Shown piece by piece: positions 1 through 9,729 of a stretch of DNA of 64,000 nt. Position 1 is the first letter of the stretch. Every line of letters starts with the position of its first letter. The position numbers were made by a program, and so were the translations under genes. Below the pieces are notes generated by a model that saw only the letters and a program-made list of their open reading frames with translations, made no database searches and had not been told where the DNA came from. The stretch is from a virus: positions 32,001 through 96,000 of the IMG/VR virus record IMGVR_UViG_3300025030_001854. One strand, written 5' to 3'.

Positions 1-204
1 CGCATAAATATTGAGTATCATCTTGCCCAGTTTCTATTGCTGGCCCAGTTCTATAACTATCTAATTCATACCACCATAACCATCCGGCCCCCTGGCATTT
101 AGAACAAGCAGGATTAGGAACCTTTTTGTGACCCCAATTAATTTCTTGATAGTTTTTATTAAAAGATTTAAAGTCTTTAACTCTATCTCGGTCGCCTTTT
201 CCAT

Positions 205-636
205 TCATACAAAAGTCATTTTTTTACTCCCAACTTTTTCAATATCCTTGGCATAAATCATGGCCGTAAAACACCCTGACTGGTAAAAATTAATTTCTAA
301 TCCATTTTCATCATAGTCACGATTATCATCTAATTGTTTGGCTATGACATGATGCCCATCGGGATAAATATCATGTGGACCATGACCTGTTCCCCCTCCT
401 GAGAATGACGTTTTAGTTACGACATAAGCACCAATAAACACAGAAGTATCAAAAGATAAAGCATTTGAAGCTTTGGGCGAGGCTGGTCTTAACACTTCCC
501 CAACTTTTATGTCAGTAAGAGCTAATTCTTTACTGAAGGGACGATTAGAATAAACAAATCGTGATTGAATTTTAGCGTATACTGTCATTCCCCTTTTAAT
601 TAAAAAAACATCTCCAGTTTGTAAGTTTGTTTTCAT
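205..636 (-). CDS. hypothetical phage protein
   Basis: 143-aa ORF co-oriented with neighbours; no motif recognised. Confidence 0.6.
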   Translation of the reverse strand: MKTNLQTGDVFLIKRGMTVYAKIQSRFVYSNRPFSKELALTDIKVGEVLRPASPKASNALSFDTSVFIGAYVVTKTSFSGGGTGHGPHDIYPDGHHVIAKQLDDNRDYDENGLEINFYQSGCFTAMIYAKDIEKVGSKKMTFV

Positions 637-1062
637 ATATTAAAGTAAGCTTTTATATTTTCGAACAAAAAGACTAATCACCGGCCAAAAAGGAATAAGT
701 AACAATTTTACTTGTCTTTTGGTAACATAGATGTCCGTAAGAAGACCCATCATAACAGCCGCATACTGAAATACAAGTATCACTATTAATATCACAATAA
801 TAATTTCCATAAGTTTTAATATTTATCCTTTTACCCAAACTTTTTTAAGTTCTTGTTTTTTAGTTGATTTATTATATTGTTCATCTAAAGATATATTCAA
901 ATAAAAAATTTCAACTTCTTCGCCACTACTATAACAATGACTATCTCCACAACATACATGAGGAGCATCAATCATAATCCCCGCCTCCATTTCTGGGTCG
1001 AATTCTTTTAAAGAATTAAGAACATTCTGCAACTGGTCTATTACGTCTTTAACTTTCATAAA

Positions 1063-1539
1063 TTATCCAAATAGTTTTTTATATTCTTCATCACACGATG
1101 AGCGCAAATTAAGAGGATGGTTCTCTTCCCATTCTCCGATATCTCTTTCTACAATATTTTTAACTTTAGAGTCTAAACAATCGTCCATTTCAATCATGTC
1201 AACAATATTCGTTGGTCCAATACCCTCATGGTCAATAACAAGAATTTCAACTTTATAAGCTTTCATAACCCCAAATACTCTTCGTTCTTCCAACGACAAC
1301 TTATCTAAAGCTTTCTGTTTGACCCGTTGCCTAATTCCAGCGGCGTTTTCTTGTTTAATTCTTCGGGCATCTTCTTCATCGTGTTGAGCTATCCACTCTC
1401 GGGTTTCGACAGTTAATTCGTGAAGTTTTTTCAATCTTCGCAAAATTGTTCTCATATCACAAGCGGCCCTAGTTGCTTTATCAGCTTCTTGGCGTAAACC
1501 CCCATCATAATCATTAGGATAATCACATCGGCATGGCAT
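1063..1539 (-). CDS. hypothetical protein
   Basis: 158-aa ORF; no motif recognised. Confidence 0.55.
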   Translation of the reverse strand: MPCRCDYPNDYDGGLRQEADKATRAACDMRTILRRLKKLHELTVETREWIAQHDEEDARRIKQENAAGIRQRVKQKALDKLSLEERRVFGVMKAYKVEILVIDHEGIGPTNIVDMIEMDDCLDSKVKNIVERDIGEWEENHPLNLRSSCDEEYKKLFG

Positions 1540-1560
1540 AATTTTTTCTTTTTGTTTAAT

Positions 1561-2166
1561 TTAATCAATCCGAATAAGTCTTGAACCTCCACCTGGACTA
1601 ACCTCAACAGCCTTTTTAATGTCTTCTTCTGAAAGACCCCTTAAAGATTGGGCAATTTTCATAACTGTTCCATTACAAGGAAAATATCCCTTTTTGGTAT
1701 ATTTAAAAGCCCTCCTTAAAGAATCAACAACATTTCCCTCAAGTTTATTAACTCCAAGATGATTCCTTAAAGTAGAAATAATAGCTTCAGTAGTGGAATA
1801 AATTTGAGTTCCATTCCAAGCAAACTGACAAACAGTAAAATCAAAAGAATTAAATAAATCTTCTATCGAAGAATAATACTTAACCCTAATGCATTGAACC
1901 AACAAATCATCAAGAATAAAAGAGACAGCATTCTTATGTTCACTGATTTTTTTAAATCCCCTCTGTAAAAGTAATTGACAATAATTGTTAAACGCCTTCT
2001 CTGTTTCAAAAAAAACATCTACATCACTTAATTTCTCATTACCTTTAAACCAACCACGAATCGCCCCGCCAGCTATCCAACCAAATAACGATGAAGAGGG
2101 AATAGGAACAATATCGGGAATTTTTGGTCCTAACATCTGAAGTTCGTCAAGAGTAATAATAGTCAT
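1561..2166 (-). CDS. tRNA nucleotidyltransferase / poly(A) polymerase head-domain-like protein
   Basis: Class II NTase motifs IAGGAIR..DVDVFF and FDFTVCQFA; short (201 aa); FNSFD replaces the usual RRD. Confidence 0.7.
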   Translation of the reverse strand: MTIITLDELQMLGPKIPDIVPIPSSSLFGWIAGGAIRGWFKGNEKLSDVDVFFETEKAFNNYCQLLLQRGFKKISEHKNAVSFILDDLLVQCIRVKYYSSIEDLFNSFDFTVCQFAWNGTQIYSTTEAIISTLRNHLGVNKLEGNVVDSLRRAFKYTKKGYFPCNGTVMKIAQSLRGLSEEDIKKAVEVSPGGGSRLIRID

Positions 2167-2180
2167 AAATAATAAAAAAA

Positions 2181-2444
2181 TTTAAGAAAAAATAGCCGAG
2201 ATTCTGTGTTCCTTGCGGTCATCTTACATTTATCTCACTTTACAGTGGGGATTTACTAATAATCCCTGCTCCAACCTCGCCAGACTTTGGCGTATAACTC
2301 ACATACGGCTCTGGCTATTTAGGATTGCTTTGGATTTGTGGTATTAACGAGAATAAATTCTCTCCCAATCATCGAGTTAAAAAGTCTCGAACTTGTCCTC
2401 TATAATAGGGTTAGCCTATTACAGCGTAAGATTTTTTTCTTAAA
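2181..2444 (-). ncRNA. rnpB: RNase P RNA, minimal: catalytic domain intact, specificity domain almost absent
   Basis: P1 UUUAAGAAAAAA/UUUUUUCUUAAA; P2 UCUUAC/GUAAGA; P3 hairpin; GAGGACAAGUUCGAGAC pairs with ACAGAAUCUCGGCUA (P4 with bulged U); P5 CUUU/AAAG-CAA; P6 AACUC/GAGUU; P15-P17; P18 CACU-GUAA-AGUG; AGAUAAAUG; P19 CC-GCAA-GG. Confidence 0.88.
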
Positions 2445-2633
2445 TTAAAATAGTTCTCCATATTTTATCAATTTTCCATTTACTTCTTTAAGCATATAAC
2501 AATCAGCATATCCTAATTCATTTAACATTAAACGACTAGCAATATCTTCAGCTATATCTTTTTTAGAAGGACGGGACAACTGTTCTAAATATTCATCAGA
2601 TACTTCTACATCTATAAGCATTTTAATATTCAT
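2445..2633 (-). CDS. hypothetical protein
   Basis: 62-aa ORF ending immediately before the RNase P RNA. Confidence 0.5.
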   Translation of the reverse strand: MNIKMLIDVEVSDEYLEQLSRPSKKDIAEDIASRLMLNELGYADCYMLKEVNGKLIKYGELF

Positions 2634-2641
2634 AAAAATTA

Positions 2642-2830
2642 GAGTAGCTTTTGTTTTTTGCGGCGTTAGCCATGGTAGTGCTACTTATCCATCTACCGTA
2701 GTTTGGTCAATGTAGAGAAACCTTCGATGGCGTAGAATTTCCTCTGGTTTCTTTAGTTTGTTCTATTAGACACTTCTCAGCATCCGTCAATGACTCAAAG
2801 TGTTAATATATTCCGTTTTAACAACTACTC
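2642..2830 (-). ncRNA. candidate structured RNA of unknown family
   Basis: Intergenic; ends pair (GAGUAGUU/AGCUACUC); internal helices CACUU/AAGUG, AGAAACC/GGUUUCU, GGUAG/CUACC. Confidence 0.45.
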
Positions 2831-2855
2831 CGTGGCCTACGGATGACCAAATTGT

Positions 2856-3209
2856 TTAATACTTCCTCATAAAACTAACAACGTCATTATTAATATTTTT
2901 TATAAAGAAATATTTATGTTCTATCAAATATTTTTCAATTTCTGTCTTTGTAAGAAATCCCTGTGGCATACAACTATAGCTATGAAGCCCACAACGTCCA
3001 AGAAGCAAATAACAACCTTCATTCTTATCAGACCATTTTCCATGAACAATTAACATGGGTCCAGAGTCTACGGAGCGAAAAACATCCCCAGCTTCAAGGG
3101 CACCGACTTTTAATTGATAAACGGGTTTAATTAAACCTTGTTTTAGAGCTTTATCTAAATCGACCTCATAATCTTTGCCGTTAATCGTTAATTTAATATT
3201 AGGTTCCAT
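2856..3209 (-). CDS. hypothetical protein
   Basis: 117-aa ORF just downstream of a sigma70-type promoter. Confidence 0.6.
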   Translation of the reverse strand: MEPNIKLTINGKDYEVDLDKALKQGLIKPVYQLKVGALEAGDVFRSVDSGPMLIVHGKWSDKNEGCYLLLGRCGLHSYSCMPQGFLTKTEIEKYLIEHKYFFIKNINNDVVSFMRKY

Positions 3210-3229
3210 ATATTTGGTGTGATGTTCAA

Positions 3230-3258
3230 ATCTTAACGCAAGTTTGCCCCGCTGTCAA
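3230..3258 (-). promoter_or_regulatory. sigma70-type promoter upstream of the ORF-ncRNA-rnpB-NTase unit
   Basis: TTGACA-N17-TAAGAT. Confidence 0.65.
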
Positions 3259-3757
3259 GCACCCCTTTTGTTCCGAAATCTGGATGTTGACAAATTAAAA
3301 CTTTAATATTTAACGATTGTCCAAAAACAGATTCGAGAATAGCCATAACAATATGCCAATCTCCACCACCCCTATTACATCCAATACCATAAGGGATAGC
3401 TAAAATTTTAACTTCTCCGCTATCTTTCTTTAAAATATTATTCCTAAGAGAAGTTAGTCCTTCAACCAAAGCGTTGTAATCAGTTTGTCTTTTCCCGCCC
3501 CCTAATTCAAATTGCCCATATAAATTAATAATATTAGACACCCCAGGAAATGAAAAATTATAAACTGCTGCATGGGAAAAGGTTCCAAGTTTAGATGGGT
3601 CGCCGTAAGAAGTTTTTTTATCAGCTTCGTAAGCTTCTGGAAACAGCTCTCGTATATCTTTAGCTATTCCCGCGCCCATAACATGAAAACAATTAGCTTG
3701 ATGAATATGGGCATCTGCTTCTTGCTGAAAGAAGTCTATTACTTTTAATTCAATCAT
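3233..3757 (-). CDS. macro domain protein (ADP-ribose / Appr-1-p processing)
   Basis: HQANCFHVMGAGIAK, NLYGQ and PYGIGCNRGGGDW motifs. Confidence 0.85.
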   Translation of the reverse strand: MIELKVIDFFQQEADAHIHQANCFHVMGAGIAKDIRELFPEAYEADKKTSYGDPSKLGTFSHAAVYNFSFPGVSNIINLYGQFELGGGKRQTDYNALVEGLTSLRNNILKKDSGEVKILAIPYGIGCNRGGGDWHIVMAILESVFGQSLNIKVLICQHPDFGTKGVLDSGANLR

Positions 3758-4464
3758 ATAATAATTTTAAATTTGTCTAAAATAAGTTGCCTTAAACCAT
3801 TAGAAAAAAACCTAATAAGAGTTTTAGTATCTACGCTAGGTGCAGAATTTAACTCTAGAAAATAGTAGTCTTTTCCTACTTTCAAAATATCTGCGGCTCC
3901 AGCATCTAACCCGATAGTTTTAGCCGCGTCAAGTGTTTGTTGGGAAATTTTTGAGTCAAATTTAAATCTATAACTGTATCCCCAATTACTTCTACAAGGA
4001 AAAGATTTATGGTCTTCTGGTGTTAATGGAACTCGTTGAGCCACAAATGTTTGCTCTCCGCAAAACCAAACTCGATATTCTTCATCTGTTTCCAAGAACT
4101 GAGTCGCATAGTATCCACCTAAAACTTCAAATGGACCATTAATAATACTAAATTCATTTCCCGCTGTATGTGTATATGGGCGAATTACAGCTTTTATTCC
4201 CTTTGGGACCATTTTATAATAAATGGTAGGAGTTTTTACTATATGAGATAATCTTTTAAGAGCCTCTAATTTATCGCAATTTAAAGAAATATTTGATGCT
4301 GGATTAATTACCATGTCGAATTCTCCCCCGCGAGTTAAATAAGAATTTCCCCATCGAACCACAACAACATCCCTTTGGACATTTTTTGCAGACCTAGTAA
4401 CAGGAAAGCCAATTTGTTTAGCGGACTCGAATTCGCTTTTAATTGTAAGGATATTAATCTTCAT
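3754..4464 (-). CDS. ATP-grasp ligase (phiEco32-like)
   Basis: VVRWG, EYRV, GLDAGAADI, FLELNSAP; start adjusted to MKINIL. Confidence 0.75.
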   Translation of the reverse strand: MKINILTIKSEFESAKQIGFPVTRSAKNVQRDVVVVRWGNSYLTRGGEFDMVINPASNISLNCDKLEALKRLSHIVKTPTIYYKMVPKGIKAVIRPYTHTAGNEFSIINGPFEVLGGYYATQFLETDEEYRVWFCGEQTFVAQRVPLTPEDHKSFPCRSNWGYSYRFKFDSKISQQTLDAAKTIGLDAGAADILKVGKDYYFLELNSAPSVDTKTLIRFFSNGLRQLILDKFKIII

Positions 4465-5305
4465 ACCAGTGAGGTCGATTGATAATAGGAGTACTCGTTC
4501 CAATAGGACTTGAAGAATATTGAGACATCACAGAATTCTGTCCAGCCGTATTAGGGATATAAGGTTTATATGGAGTATATGGCAATGCAGAATAAACTTT
4601 ATTTTGTTTACCACCCAATCTATACCATTTCCCACCTTCTGCAAACGGACTTGGCTTGATTTTTTGCTTAACAAACTTGCCATGTCTATTATAGCGATAC
4701 CAACCCTCTTCTACCTCGGAACTCTTTTTATATTCTCCAAAAGGGAATACTGATGCGAAAGCAAAACTTTTATCGCTACGAGGCCAAATTTCCAAATCGC
4801 CACTTGTTTTAACAATATCTAGGGTGCCATTTTTATGTAGAGCCATAAAAACTCCAGCATGGTCTAATACTTGAGAAAACTTCTTTGGCCCGATAGTCTT
4901 TAAAAGATGACCGGCAACTTCACTATCTGTTTCCCCCTCCATTTTTCCGACAAACTTTTGTAAAAGAACCTTAGACACACCATAATCAGACCATATACCA
5001 TTATGGACAACAGCCATATCTCCGATAATAAACGGATGAGTATTTCTATCAGCATTACAGCCATGGGAAGCCGCCCGAAGATGAGCAAGCGTCCATCCAT
5101 TGTAAGGCATGTGAGACAGAAAAGGATATTGTTCCTTTTCAAGTAGCTGGGTTAGCGAAAATGGGAATTTTTCAACTTTAAATTCTCCATCTGGTTGAAT
5201 AAAAACAGAGCCAACTCCGTCTTTATTCATATTTTCGAAATCTAACAGTATTTTAATTGCCCGTTCACGGGAGAACAGCGGCGGAAAAGCGGCGAGGCGA
5301 CACAT
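4454..5305 (-). CDS. class II (Ntn) glutamine amidotransferase
   Basis: N-terminal MCRL, HLRAAS, NTHPF, HNG, GETDSE. Confidence 0.85.
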   Translation of the reverse strand: MCRLAAFPPLFSRERAIKILLDFENMNKDGVGSVFIQPDGEFKVEKFPFSLTQLLEKEQYPFLSHMPYNGWTLAHLRAASHGCNADRNTHPFIIGDMAVVHNGIWSDYGVSKVLLQKFVGKMEGETDSEVAGHLLKTIGPKKFSQVLDHAGVFMALHKNGTLDIVKTSGDLEIWPRSDKSFAFASVFPFGEYKKSSEVEEGWYRYNRHGKFVKQKIKPSPFAEGGKWYRLGGKQNKVYSALPYTPYKPYIPNTAGQNSVMSQYSSSPIGTSTPIINRPHWYED

Positions 5306-5308
5306 AAT

Positions 5309-5761
5309 TTATTTTTTAGTAGGTAATGGTAACGTAAAATTTTGAAAATCGACTTCTGTAGTTTTTTTGTCCAAAAATAGAATAATAGTTTCTAAAATAG
5401 CTGTCGCTAATGGAATATTTTGTCTTAGTTCGTATCCAAGACCAATATAATATTTTCCATAATAGCGGTCGTTTTTGTATATGTCAATAGAAATTCCGTA
5501 TTTTTTAAAAAAATCAACGATAATTTTAAGATATTCTGGATGGTCAAAATTATGATATGCAGCGAAACAAATCTTAACATCCCAATTAATTTCTTCCTTT
5601 TCTGGTTTTTTAATTCCAAATACTCGGTAATCAAATTGAATTGAATTATTTGATAAACGGCAGTTGTCTCGTATTTGTTGTAGATTAATATCTTTTTTAA
5701 AAGTTATCATAAAATTATGTCGGTGTTGAAATAAGAGAATCTGAATACCTTTTCCAAACAT
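5309..5761 (-). CDS. hypothetical protein
   Basis: ORF inside the amidoligase cluster; true start probably the downstream MITFKK. Confidence 0.5.
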   Translation of the reverse strand: MFGKGIQILLFQHRHNFMITFKKDINLQQIRDNCRLSNNSIQFDYRVFGIKKPEKEEINWDVKICFAAYHNFDHPEYLKIIVDFFKKYGISIDIYKNDRYYGKYYIGLGYELRQNIPLATAILETIILFLDKKTTEVDFQNFTLPLPTKK

Positions 5762-6641
5762 CTTCCAAAGAAGGAATTTTTACTTCGTCTTTATATAGAC
5801 CCCAAGACTTTTTCATGTCATCGGTATTCCAAGATAATTTTTTGGAAATCAGCAAAGGAAATAATTCAAGATACTTTTGATATAATGGATATAATTCCAT
5901 CTTTTGGATTTTAGGCCAAAGTTCAAAGAATAGTTTTGTCAATTGTGTTCTATTTACGGTATTTAAATAAACCAAAAACATACTATCTGGAGAATACTTC
6001 TGAAAAAAAGGCGATTGGCTAGCTTTAACAATTTTAAATAATTCATAACCAACAACCTTAGATAAACATAATGCTGCTGCCGCTGCATACGGAGAAGATA
6101 ACCAACTACTTGGACTTCTAAATTCTAATCCATGTAATTGAATCCTATAATCTAAACCCTGCCCATAATGGCGGCGACGAAAACGAGCATCTTTTGATTT
6201 TTCAACCAAGGTGCAAGGAATTCCCACAAAAAACGCCAAATTAAACATAAAAAAGTCTATATTTAGAGGAAAATTACCCTGCCACGCTTGATAATCATCT
6301 CCTTCTTTTTCAAAACCAAAATGAATATGTCCACCTAAAGTCTCTCGATTAATTCTTGACCCGGCTTTCCAAATATAATCTTGTAAAATCGGTCGAGTAT
6401 TAGCGAAAGAAAGAAGAATTTCTCTAATTCTATTTACTACTACTAGAGGATTTTCATCTGGTTCTGGACGTAATTCAAGAATCCTCCCACATCCATCTGT
6501 TCCCATCAACCCAACATTATGAGAATCATCTTCGCTAAAAAATCTGGCCAATGCTGTAGAATGAGTCGTTGTGTGGGGCAAACAAAGAGCAAACTCTGGG
6601 TCAGCACCTAACTTAAAATTTTTAAAATCTCTCTCACTCAT
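5715..6641 (-). CDS. phiEco32-like COOH-NH2 ligase (type 2 amidoligase)
   Basis: LGADPEF, GTDG, ELRP, GGHIHFG, EFRSPSSW; start adjusted to MSERD. Confidence 0.85.
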   Translation of the reverse strand: MSERDFKNFKLGADPEFALCLPHTTTHSTALARFFSEDDSHNVGLMGTDGCGRILELRPEPDENPLVVVNRIREILLSFANTRPILQDYIWKAGSRINRETLGGHIHFGFEKEGDDYQAWQGNFPLNIDFFMFNLAFFVGIPCTLVEKSKDARFRRRHYGQGLDYRIQLHGLEFRSPSSWLSSPYAAAAALCLSKVVGYELFKIVKASQSPFFQKYSPDSMFLVYLNTVNRTQLTKLFFELWPKIQKMELYPLYQKYLELFPLLISKKLSWNTDDMKKSWGLYKDEVKIPSLEDVWKRYSDSLISTPT

Positions 6642-6924
6642 AAAATTATGTATTAGATGGGATAATAAAATCATCAAGGGTGAGAACTGGAATAGAACTA
6701 ATTGGTTCTCCAGAGCTTATCTGTAATACTCTATTAGTTAGAGTACAATATACATCTTTTTGTGAGGCTTGAACATTTAAAGCTCGAATAATCCCGGCTG
6801 GGACTTGAATAAAAAAGGTTTTATTTTTGCGAATTAATTTTGTTTTTCGCGGAACGTCTAATGCTGTAGTTTTTGGCATACAACAAGCATAGAGGACTTT
6901 TGTTTTTGAGTCAAGAGTCAAAAA

Positions 6925-7350
6925 TCAAAAAGGAACGTCCTGTTCGTCATATTGAATACCCTCTAATTCTAGTCTGTCTATTTTATCTAATAAATTTTGT
7001 TGACGTTCTTCAAGCCAATTATCAATCAATGCTCCCCTTTTAGTTTGAATATCAAGAAACTTACCAATAAATAAATGATTATACGATTCAGCAATATAGT
7101 TTCTAAGTTCTCCAAAACTCAAATCTTCATCAAGACTTTGAGCTTCTAATGGTGTAGAGTTTACTATTTCTATTTTAAGATTTTGACAATCATCACAAAT
7201 TTTAAAACTACAACCCTTATGGTCCCAAACACCATGATGGTAATGGTAAAGTTCTCCTACTTTAATAACCCCATGACACTCATAACATTTATGTGTTTTC
7301 CTAGCTTTACGCAATTTACAAAGATAAACCTGTGGATATTCTGCGTCCAT
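6925..7350 (-). CDS. Zn-ribbon phage protein
   Basis: RKARKTHKCYEC...CDDC. Confidence 0.6.
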   Translation of the reverse strand: MDAEYPQVYLCKLRKARKTHKCYECHGVIKVGELYHYHHGVWDHKGCSFKICDDCQNLKIEIVNSTPLEAQSLDEDLSFGELRNYIAESYNHLFIGKFLDIQTKRGALIDNWLEERQQNLLDKIDRLELEGIQYDEQDVPF

Positions 7351-7353
7351 ATT

Positions 7354-7899
7354 TTATTTTTCTCCGTGATGGTCTATTGGCTTAAATGTTTTTTTGGACA
7401 TTATTTTCTTTACTTGTTCAAAAGAAATGGGGGTAAAATTATGGCAATCAACTCCTACGTCGATAGCTAAAGCATTTGGGTCGTCTGGAAGAGAATTGTG
7501 ACTATGACCATAAAGATTATAAGCCCCGTGATGACTCTTATTCCAAACCCTCATAGAATAATGACACAAAGTAATATCTTGCCCCTCTACTTTTATCTCA
7601 TGATATGTATCATAAGCGGCATAAAATTTTCGTCTATTTGCCCAAGCAAGACGGTCATGGTTACCTTTTATAAAAACAATTAAACCTCTTAAGCGACGAA
7701 AGACGATATCAAAATGATAATCCTCTCGCCCAAAACAGAAATCGCCCAAATGATAAACTAAATCTCCATCTTTCACGACGTTATTCCAATTATTAATAAT
7801 GGTTTCGTTCATTTCTACTGTATTAGAAAATGGACGATTGCAATAACGGCAAATATTAAAATGGTGAAAATGGGTATCGGCAGTAAAAAAAGTACTCAT
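7354..7899 (-). CDS. calcineurin-like metallophosphoesterase
   Basis: DTHFHH, HLGD, GNHD, CHY, GHSH motifs. Confidence 0.88.
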   Translation of the reverse strand: MSTFFTADTHFHHFNICRYCNRPFSNTVEMNETIINNWNNVVKDGDLVYHLGDFCFGREDYHFDIVFRRLRGLIVFIKGNHDRLAWANRRKFYAAYDTYHEIKVEGQDITLCHYSMRVWNKSHHGAYNLYGHSHNSLPDDPNALAIDVGVDCHNFTPISFEQVKKIMSKKTFKPIDHHGEK

Positions 7900-8105
7900 A
7901 CAATCCCAGACCAATAATGAACTCCAGTATAAGAAACCTTGGGTAAATAAATTCCAGATGGAGAACTAGAAGTAGGGCTAGAAGTAGGAATACTATTTTC
8001 TTTAAATTTCCGCACATAAGATGGCTCTGCCTTTGGCACAACCTTGGCGGCGAAAGCTCCAACTAAACCGGCACCTAAACGGGTTAAAAAAGCACGTCTT
8101 TGCAT
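7896..8105 (-). CDS. small protein with twin-arginine-like N-terminus
   Basis: MQRRAFLTRLGAGLVGAFAA. Confidence 0.5.
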   Translation of the reverse strand: MQRRAFLTRLGAGLVGAFAAKVVPKAEPSYVRKFKENSIPTSSPTSSSPSGIYLPKVSYTGVHYWSGIV

Positions 8106-8322
8106 AATTTTATATTTTTTCGTATCGAGGAACAATTACAATGGGGACACCAGGGAAGTTAGTCTTAACAAACGCCTCTCCTGAATTTTTTGCGACATCT
8201 AATTTTAGCATCGCATTTTGAGAGGTAACGTTTGGCATAGCAGAAGGTAAATCTGTGCTTAAACACACGACATCCCAACCCTCAGATAAGACAATTGTTG
8301 CTTTGGTGATATTCATACGAAG

Positions 8323-8351
8323 ACTATATTGAACTTTTGGAAGACAGTCAA
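8323..8351 (-). promoter_or_regulatory. sigma70-type promoter
   Basis: TTGACT-N17-TATAGT. Confidence 0.65.
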
Positions 8352-8370
8352 GAAGAAAAAAATATTAAAA

Positions 8371-8462
8371 TGGCGGAAAACATCAGTCCTGCCCTGAACC
8401 CCTCTTGTTAGACGGGCCATCCCGTTTCCAGCGGGAGAAGCCACTTTGGCTTTTTATTTTCC
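8371..8462 (-). tRNA. tRNA-Ser(GGA)
   Basis: AC arm UCCCG-CUGGAAA-CGGGA, long variable arm, G73-CCA, T-loop GGCAGGA. Confidence 0.8.
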
Positions 8463-8606
8463 ACATCTTCTCTTAAACGATTCTCTATATCATTATATGA
8501 AAAAACATCGCAATATCTAAGACCATGATAATCTCGATTTGCATTTTTTCCCAATTTAAAAACCACTGTTGGTCATACCAATTCATGTATTACTATTACA
8601 CTTTTT

Positions 8607-8691
8607 CGGCTGTTGAAGGGATTGCACCCTCGCGCCCAAAGGGACGGCTTCAGTTTTCGAGACTGACCTATTACTACTCTAGCAAACAGCC
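8607..8691 (-). tRNA. tRNA-Ser(CGA)
   Basis: Acceptor GGCUGUU/AACAGCC, loop CU-CGA-AA, long variable arm, T-loop UGCAAUC; CCA not encoded. Confidence 0.88.
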
Positions 8692-9530
8692 CTAACTGCT
8701 TTTCTTGGATTCGTGACAAGAACAGTCGCAACTCTTCTTAGAACACCAATTAAATTTCTTTTTTAGCCAAACTAAAAGTCCAGCACAAAAAATTGGAATT
8801 CCTATACAAAAAATTCCACCATCAATACAAGATATCATTATTTTTCCCCTTTAGAACATTTACCACATAAAAATTGTGAGCCATTCCACCATAATAACAA
8901 CAAAGGATAAATATCGTGACAACATTCGCATTCTTGCAAAAGGTCATAATTCCCTATATTGTCGTATCCATCCCACATATTATAGTTTATTAAATTAATT
9001 CCCTAAGATAACGTTTAATTTCAATACGAGCGGGTTTATTAGCTTTGGCATATTGCTTTTTAGAAGCTCTAATAGCAGTATGAAGCTTGTCTTCTGGAAG
9101 TTCTGAAGATTCTCGTAATGCTTTTCTAATGAGTTTTGCTGTTTTTGCGTTCATAAAAGTTTAACTATTTTTTATATATTTTTCTAATTCTTTATCGGGT
9201 AAATTTTTTCTCATTTCGACACATTGAGGATTTGAAGAAGAACATCTACCGCCAAATTTTAAGCATTCATAAAAATAAGAGCCTTTTAAATTCATTAATT
9301 CTTGTCTAGTAGATTTTGGGGCCAATTCTGGATATTTTTTAAACGATACAAATTTACCAAGCTCTAAATTTCCAACTTTTTTACATTCTACAAATTGAAT
9401 ACTATAACGTCTCATATTAAATTCCAGTAAAAGTGTCTTTTTTCTTTTTTTTAAACCACTCTTCTACTTCTAACCACAAAGCCACTACAATTAGTAGAAC
9501 TAATATAAAAAAATCTTTTATGGTTCTCAT

Positions 9531-9604
9531 TGGAGCCCTAAGATGGTATCGCGCCATCGTCTCTTGAATACCAATCAAGAATAATGCTTTTATACTATTA
9601 GGGC
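9531..9604 (-). tRNA. tRNA-Thr(GGU)
   Basis: GCCCUAA/UUAGGGC, loop UU-GGU-AU, T-loop CGCGAUA, CCA. Confidence 0.88.
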
Positions 9605-9620
9605 ATAAACAAAATATTTG

Positions 9621-9692
9621 AGCCCCGTCCCAGAATTGCACTGAGATTTCTTCCTTACGAGGGAAGCACATCTCTATTTATGTTTACGGGGC
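9621..9692 (-). tRNA. tRNA-Thr(CGU)
   Basis: GCCCCGU/ACGGGGC, loop CU-CGU-AA, T-loop UGCAAUU; CCA not encoded. Confidence 0.88.
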
Positions 9693-9729
9693 TTAGACCC
9701 ATTATAAAATGGGCGGGTTCTGGCCAAAT

